From Rhizaria sp. SCN 62-66 (Eukaryota), in contig MEDY01000052.1 in the NCBI GenBank assembly GCA_001724265.1, positions 62,001-126,000 of the forward strand: 64,000 bases of DNA. Reading direction: 5' to 3'. A program made the position numbers and the translations under genes. The first letter of the stretch is position 1; every line of letters begins with the position of its first letter. Positions 58,373-64,000 of the stretch are shown one piece after another. A model generated the notes under the pieces. That model worked only from the letters and a program-made list of their open reading frames with translations. It was not told where the DNA came from and did not search any database.

Positions 58373-61300
58373 ATGCAACTTTCACCCTCCACGGCCCTGG
58401 AGATATGCAGGTTGATAGATTTATTTCTGTCAAACGTTAGCATTAAAAGCTCGCGCCACCTTCGCACCCTTCACAGTCAAGACCCCGTTGCTGCTGTACC
58501 TTTGCATGTCTTCGCACGTCTTCGATGCATCTCGAAACTTGCGCCGTCCATGGAGATATTGACTGAAGCGCTACGCTCGTCTCCGGACTTTCGAGTGAGC
58601 GCGGACGGGCTGCACGTATCTCGCATCACGCCCTACTCTGGCGACGATGTTGATTTGACTGCGCACTCGGTTTGGGCGTCCGGCTTCCCCTCTTGGTGGA
58701 CTTTCGAAGATGCGCGTCTCTTCTTCTCTGCGCACTCGCTCACGCTTGTCGGCAGCACGGCGGCAGGGAAGCTGTCTTCCGCACCCCGCGTTGCGACTGC
58801 ACTTGCGACGCCCTGCACTACACCTTCTAGCAGCGACACTGACGCCATCAAACGGACTCGTCCACCCCGTATGCTTGTCGAGAGCCTTGACAGCGGGGAC
58901 TTGAGTGACGACAACTCGTTGGATGACACTTGGACTGACGAGAACCCGCGTGACGCCGATACCGAGTTCCCTATCCCCACGGCTGCTGTTGTAGTGTCCC
59001 GCCCGCGCTGGCTTATCTTCGCAACACCAGAGGATGCTGCGCGCGCTGTCGCCAGCCACTTCCTCGTCAGTGCCACCCGAGAGCACGCGCCCGACGGGCC
59101 AGACGCCGCGATGATGCTGCCCGTGACACTTGTGTCCAAGACTGAGCGCCGCGCCGCCTCTACCGCCGCTGTTTCTGCCCCCAGCCGCCGCAAGACGGGT
59201 CTCGGGCCCGAGCCGGAGAGCAGCGAAGACAGCGACGAAGCTCCAGTGACCGAGAGCACTGTGCGGGCCGCAGCTGCGTGTCCCGCTGCCGAGGGCCTTC
59301 TCGCCGACGGGCTCAACGACGCAGTCTCCACGATCAGCACGCTGCCCCCACAGCAACAGCCCCCGTCGCAGTCGCTGTCGTAGTCTCAAGCGCAGCAGTC
59401 CCAGTCCCTCTCCCTGTCACAGTCCAACTCTGGCTCCCTAAGCGCTTCTGCCACGACGCCGCCCGGCCCCAACACGTCCGTGTCTGTCTCCTCTGGTCTG
59501 CATAGCAGCGACACGCGCTGCGAGTCGACAGCCACAATGGCGGCCGCGGGACTACAGGCGACGATGCCCTTTGTGCCAGGATATCTGCTCAAAGTCGATC
59601 ACGTCTACAGCAGCGACGCGCGTGCCATGCGTCTCCTCATCAACAACTGGGTTGCTCTGGCCACTTCCGCACCCGCACCCGCACCTGCGGCTGCGCCCGG
59701 CTCCGCCTCTGTCTCGGACGCTGACGCGAGCGCGAACGCCAGCGCGAGCGCGGGCGACGGCGCCGCGGCTCTGTCCCCCGTGTCATCTGCGCTGCCCAGT
59801 GCGCCGGCACTGCCCACGTCCCCCTCGCTGCACCTGGTGCTGCCGCCGCATACGATGCAGGCGATGCGGCGCGCGGCCGCGCTTGTGGTGCGTCTCATCA
59901 GCTACAAGCCAGGAAACACTTTCGCCAACATCATCCTCGACTCCAGCGGGCCCGCGCCCGTGACTGCGGCTGACCTCGCTGCGCGACTCAACGCGCTGCC
60001 CGCGCGCATGCGCACGACATACGGCCCGCCGCGCGCCGCCGCCCAGGCCGCGCAAGCGCAGGCGCAGGCGCAGGTGCGGCCGCATTCGCAGGCGCAGTCG
60101 CGGTCGCGGTCGCAGGCCTAGGGTGCGACGCGCCGTGGTTCTGCTGCCTCAAGCAGGAGTTCGAGCACTGGCTCGAACGGCGGCTCGCGCTCTCGTTTGG
60201 GCGACACAGCAACGGGCGCGAGCGCTGGCGACGTTGTCACAGAGTCGGACATTACCTGTTTGACGGGCGCCGCTGCTTCGGCCGCGTCGGAGGCTGCAGA
60301 CCCCGCGGCGCTGCCGCCAGTGAGCGCCGCCGTTGCAACAACAGTCGAACCATCGACTTCCGCGCTCGCCCCAGCCTCGGCTCTGCCGTCGTCATCAGCC
60401 CCGGCAGCGATGTCCACGGCAGCGGCGCCCGCGACTACCGCCTCCGCGGGTGTGTCCGTGCTCCCTGCGACCGCTGCGACGGGAAGCGCCAGCACCGGCG
60501 CGGTGCAGCGCGTCGCACTCGAGGCCACGTTCGCGCCCGTTGCGGCCGAGATGGAGGAACGTGTCTGGGCGTATCTGCTGCGCTGCAAGGTCCGGACCGA
60601 GACGCGCCGCACAGACCCGCAACGGTCCGGCATGCGTGGCTCGGGATCGCACCCGCAACCGCATCAGCAGCCGCATCAGCACCAGCACAGGCACCAGCGG
60701 CAGCAGCCGCAGCATCAGCAGCAACAGCAGCAGCAGTGGGGCTACATCGGGAGCAACGCGCCGTCCGCGGCGAGCTCGTACGCATCACACTGGTCGCCGC
60801 TCGGTCAGCACGGCAACCACGGCAACCACGGCGGCCATGGCGCCGGCGCGGCCGAAGGCTACTACATGCCGGGCATGACTGGTGTGCCCGCGGCCACCGG
60901 CGGTGTGGCTACGGCGGCCTCACCGATGATGTACCTGCCTCAGGGGGTCGCGGCGACCGCGGCGGGCGTGTACGGCGCCCGCTACGGCCACACCGCGGCG
61001 CTGTCGGCGCAGTCGCCGATGCAGATGCAGATGCCGGCACAGACGCCGATGCAGATGCAGATGGCCGCGGAGGCGTCGGCCGGCATGAGCGGCGCGTCGG
61101 TGCCTGTAGCGGTGCCGGGCCAAGGCTATGTCGTGTGGGTGCCGTGTGCGCCGCATCACGTGGAGTCCGGTGCTGCGGCACTCCAGGGTCAAGAGCAGCA
61201 GTACTATCTTGCCCAGCAACAGCAGCAACAGCAAAAGCAACCACAGCCGCAGTCGTCTCAGCAGCAACAACAACAGTCGCAGCTTCATATTGCTCACACG

Positions 61301-62179
61301 CTGTCGAGCGCGCATTCGCACCCACATTCACACGCATCGACACCAACTCTGTCGACAGCGTCGTCACAAGTGTATGCGCAGACGCAACAACAGCAGCAGC
61401 AACAACAGCAACAACCGCAAAACTCCAACTTTAACCAGTCGCGCTCCCAGCTGCGCCAGCAGCGTTCGCAACAGCACCCAGCACACGCACTCGGCCAGAC
61501 AACGACTGGCGGCTCTAGCGCGGGCGACGCGCATGGGCTCGGTCACCACACCAACTACAGCCTGGGATCCAGCGCAAGCGTTAGCGCCGGTGCGGCTTCC
61601 GCTGCACAGGTATACACCTTGCCGCAATCCCAGTCTCTTTCTTCTCAACCGCAGCCACAGGCACAGTCGCACTCGCCGCACTTGTCGCCGCATCAGGCCC
61701 GCTCGCAACTGTTTGCTACACCACCGCAACAGCATCAATCGCTGCAGTTGCAGTCTCAGTTTCAGCAACTTTTGCAGCAGCAGTCCTATACGCAGCATGC
61801 ACAACTGCATGGTTCGACACCGCTTTATTCGCCGCCCGCCTCGCTGTCGCCGGCGCCTGCCGCTGTCGCACCAGCGTACTCCGCGCATCCGAGCTACACG
61901 TCGCCGCACGTCTCCGCTCGCCATACGCGCGCACACTCGAACTCGACCGCGTTCGCGACCCCTCAGTCACCGCAGCAGTCACAGCTCATGCTTCACGCAC
62001 AGCAGAGTTTGCCGTCCGCGTCTTCGTCATATTACGTACCGCAGACGCAAGCACAAACTCATACTCAGATGCAGACTCAGGCGTTGGCGTTGGCCCAAGC
62101 GCAGCAACTGGCGGCGCTTCAGACACAGGGCACACTGCAGCAGCAGCAGCAGCGGCAGCAGCAGCAACTACAACAACAG

Positions 62180-62220
<41 letters not shown>

Positions 62221-62620
62221 GCACGCTCAACTGCAGCTAGGGGTTCAGACGCTTCTGCCGCCGCCGTCGCCCTCGCACCGCGTTTCCGGCCACGGTCACG
62301 GTCACCATGGTCACAACTACGGTCATAACAACAGCTACAGCCACGCCCACGGCGGCGCCAGTAGCTTGCATAGTGGATCCGGGCGCCACCGCGCGTATAG
62401 TGACGCCGGTCGCAGTGACTCCGGTGACATTGCTACGGCGGTTTCTCTGGGCCCTCAGTCGCGCAGTGACGCTGTTGGCACGGATGACCGCAATGGGCAC
62501 CGCAACACCCGGGGTGGCCACGACAGTCGGCCTTCATCCCGCGGTGGGCGCGGCGGTGCCCGTGGGGCGAGCTATGACAGCCCAAACGATTTTTACAGTA
62601 GTGGCGATGGCCATTACTGA
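58373..62620 (+). CDS. Divergent La/LARP7-like protein, paralogue 3 (1415 aa; La motif, RRM, split xRRM-like, long poly-Q tail); two in-frame TAG codons
   Basis: ORFs 58373-59383, 59480-60121 and 60197-62620 are one frame broken only by TAG 59381-59383 and 60119-60121. Each segment carries a block matching paralogue 1 in the same order. Stop TGA. Confidence 0.8.
62138..62221 (+). repeat. CAG/CAA poly-Gln tract
   Basis: Near-pure Gln run in the tail of La paralogue 3. Confidence 0.9.
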
Positions 62621-64000
62621 TCCAGGCGACATTGGGAGCAATTGACATCTGAATTGTACACTTGATCATTCATTCCATAAGCTCGCACATGCGTATGCAG
62701 TGTTCGTTAATGTTTATGTTTCATTCTCTTTCTTCATTGTGGTGTGTGATCTTACTTTTCTGCCACGTACTTTTTTGATCGATAATTTTTTATTTCACTT
62801 CTCTCTTTTGGTTTGTCCGCAAACTTTCATCATAATTATTTTGTCTTGAATATTTCTTCCTAAGGAGGATTTTCTCTTTAACTTTAGCTCAACCCCGGTC
62901 ACTTTGTGGTGCGCCCTTTCGTGTGCCTGTTTTCTAATGATCCCCCAGTAAATGATTTCCCTTTTACTGTAGTCAATCCTTGAATCACCCAAGCTCTCTC
63001 TGTAGTGCTTATTTTCCTATGTCGTCTACCTATATGTGCGTGTTTTTTTCTCCCTCAATTTCTTTTAAGAAAACCTTGATCTCGTGACGAAGGGTGACTT
63101 AAATGTAAATTATATGTTGGTTTAAATCTTTTGTTTTGTTCGTTTTCGTCCACTTCGTTTTCATTTCAAGCTTCTCTCGCTTGTGTATTGAAAAGAAACC
63201 TGTCGCTAAATGAATGTAAGTGACATTAAATTCGTAATTATTTTCCCCCCACTACGGTCCTTCCGTAGCATCTTATCAGTTTTGAATGCAACAAAGTTAT
63301 CTCTCGTGATGTATCACTTACGTCATTCCATCAATTTTAGGTTTTTCGCTATTTGTTCTTCGTTTTGTTTTTCGTTTTGTCTAAGTTCTACGAATACGTT
63401 TCCACCCGTTGAGGTATATCCTCATACTTTTGCAATTGTACACATCTTCGTCTATCTTTGCTTCTAACAGTTCCTTTGCTCCACTCTGCTTTCGCGTTGA
63501 CCTCTCTGTCTCCGCACTATTTTATCGTGTTCTTGCGTGACACCACCCATACTTGCTTCCTGTACCAACCCGCCTGCTGCCTCAGCACGCGCTGATGGTT
63601 TCAGATCATCACAATCAATTTGTGATCACAATTCGCATCTGTTAATCAGAAGTTTAAATACAACTGCAAGTATCTCTAAATGTCACAACAATCCTCATCC
63701 TGCGTCACCACTTGCTGATCTCGGAGCTTAGCATGTCGAGTCTTAACGTGAATCCATAGTAACATTTGAGTCTGAATCCTACTTCTGAAACATGAATTGA
63801 TGACACATACAGTATATAAATACATATTGGGAGACGCCTGAAGGCGCCAGTGCGACGCCTCAAATCAATCTGCTCTCAGTGTGTTCGAGGTGCAATGAGG
63901 GGTTTTATTCAGTGTTACGACGAGTCTGACACTGTTCACTGCGCCGATCGGTCTCTTAGTCATCAAGTAAAACCAACTATCATTTTGGAGATTACAAACA

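Noticed and set aside
1694-60121. Pyrrolysine, A-to-I editing to Trp, or pseudogenisation as explanations for the TAGs
   Set aside because: No pyl genes are present and the genome is eukaryotic; the contexts are polar and Gln-rich, not Trp-like; the affected genes show no frameshifts or TAA/TGA lesions. Not formally excluded without RNA data.
1-64000. tRNA (including a CUA-anticodon tRNA), rRNA or intact transposon
   Set aside because: No cloverleaf with T-loop/D-loop signatures, rRNA motif, transposase or reverse transcriptase was recognised by eye; tRNAscan-SE would be needed to be sure.

Overview
A gene-dense stretch of a eukaryotic (protist-like) nuclear genome. Exons are GC-rich and Ala-rich, introns and spacers are more AT-rich, and nearly all splice donors read GTACG. 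About 20 protein genes can be supported: a giant coiled-coil protein (runs off the left edge), a Rab32/38-like GTPase, an ADAM/ADAMTS-like membrane metalloprotease, a tetraspanin, organellar EF-P, COQ3, an RPA3-like protein, a small single-TM protein, Aladin, eRF3, proteasome beta-2, EMC1, a myotubularin, an ankyrin protein, a 2-TM protein, an EF-hand protein, SLX1 and three tandem divergent La/LARP7-like paralogues. The main signal is a non-standard genetic code. Seven in-frame TAG codons interrupt four otherwise intact genes, one inside an ankyrin repeat and two splitting a domain architecture that is uninterrupted in a neighbouring paralogue. All 19 gene ends I could place are TAA (10) or TGA (9), never TAG. 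The contexts favour UAG=Gln with UAA and UGA kept as stops, a rare uncoupled reassignment. Secondary signals are La motifs that have lost their UUU-3'OH-binding residues, two box C/D snoRNA candidates, an EF-P with an atypical loop and a frameshift in SLX1. All product calls come from motif recognition by eye, not database searches.
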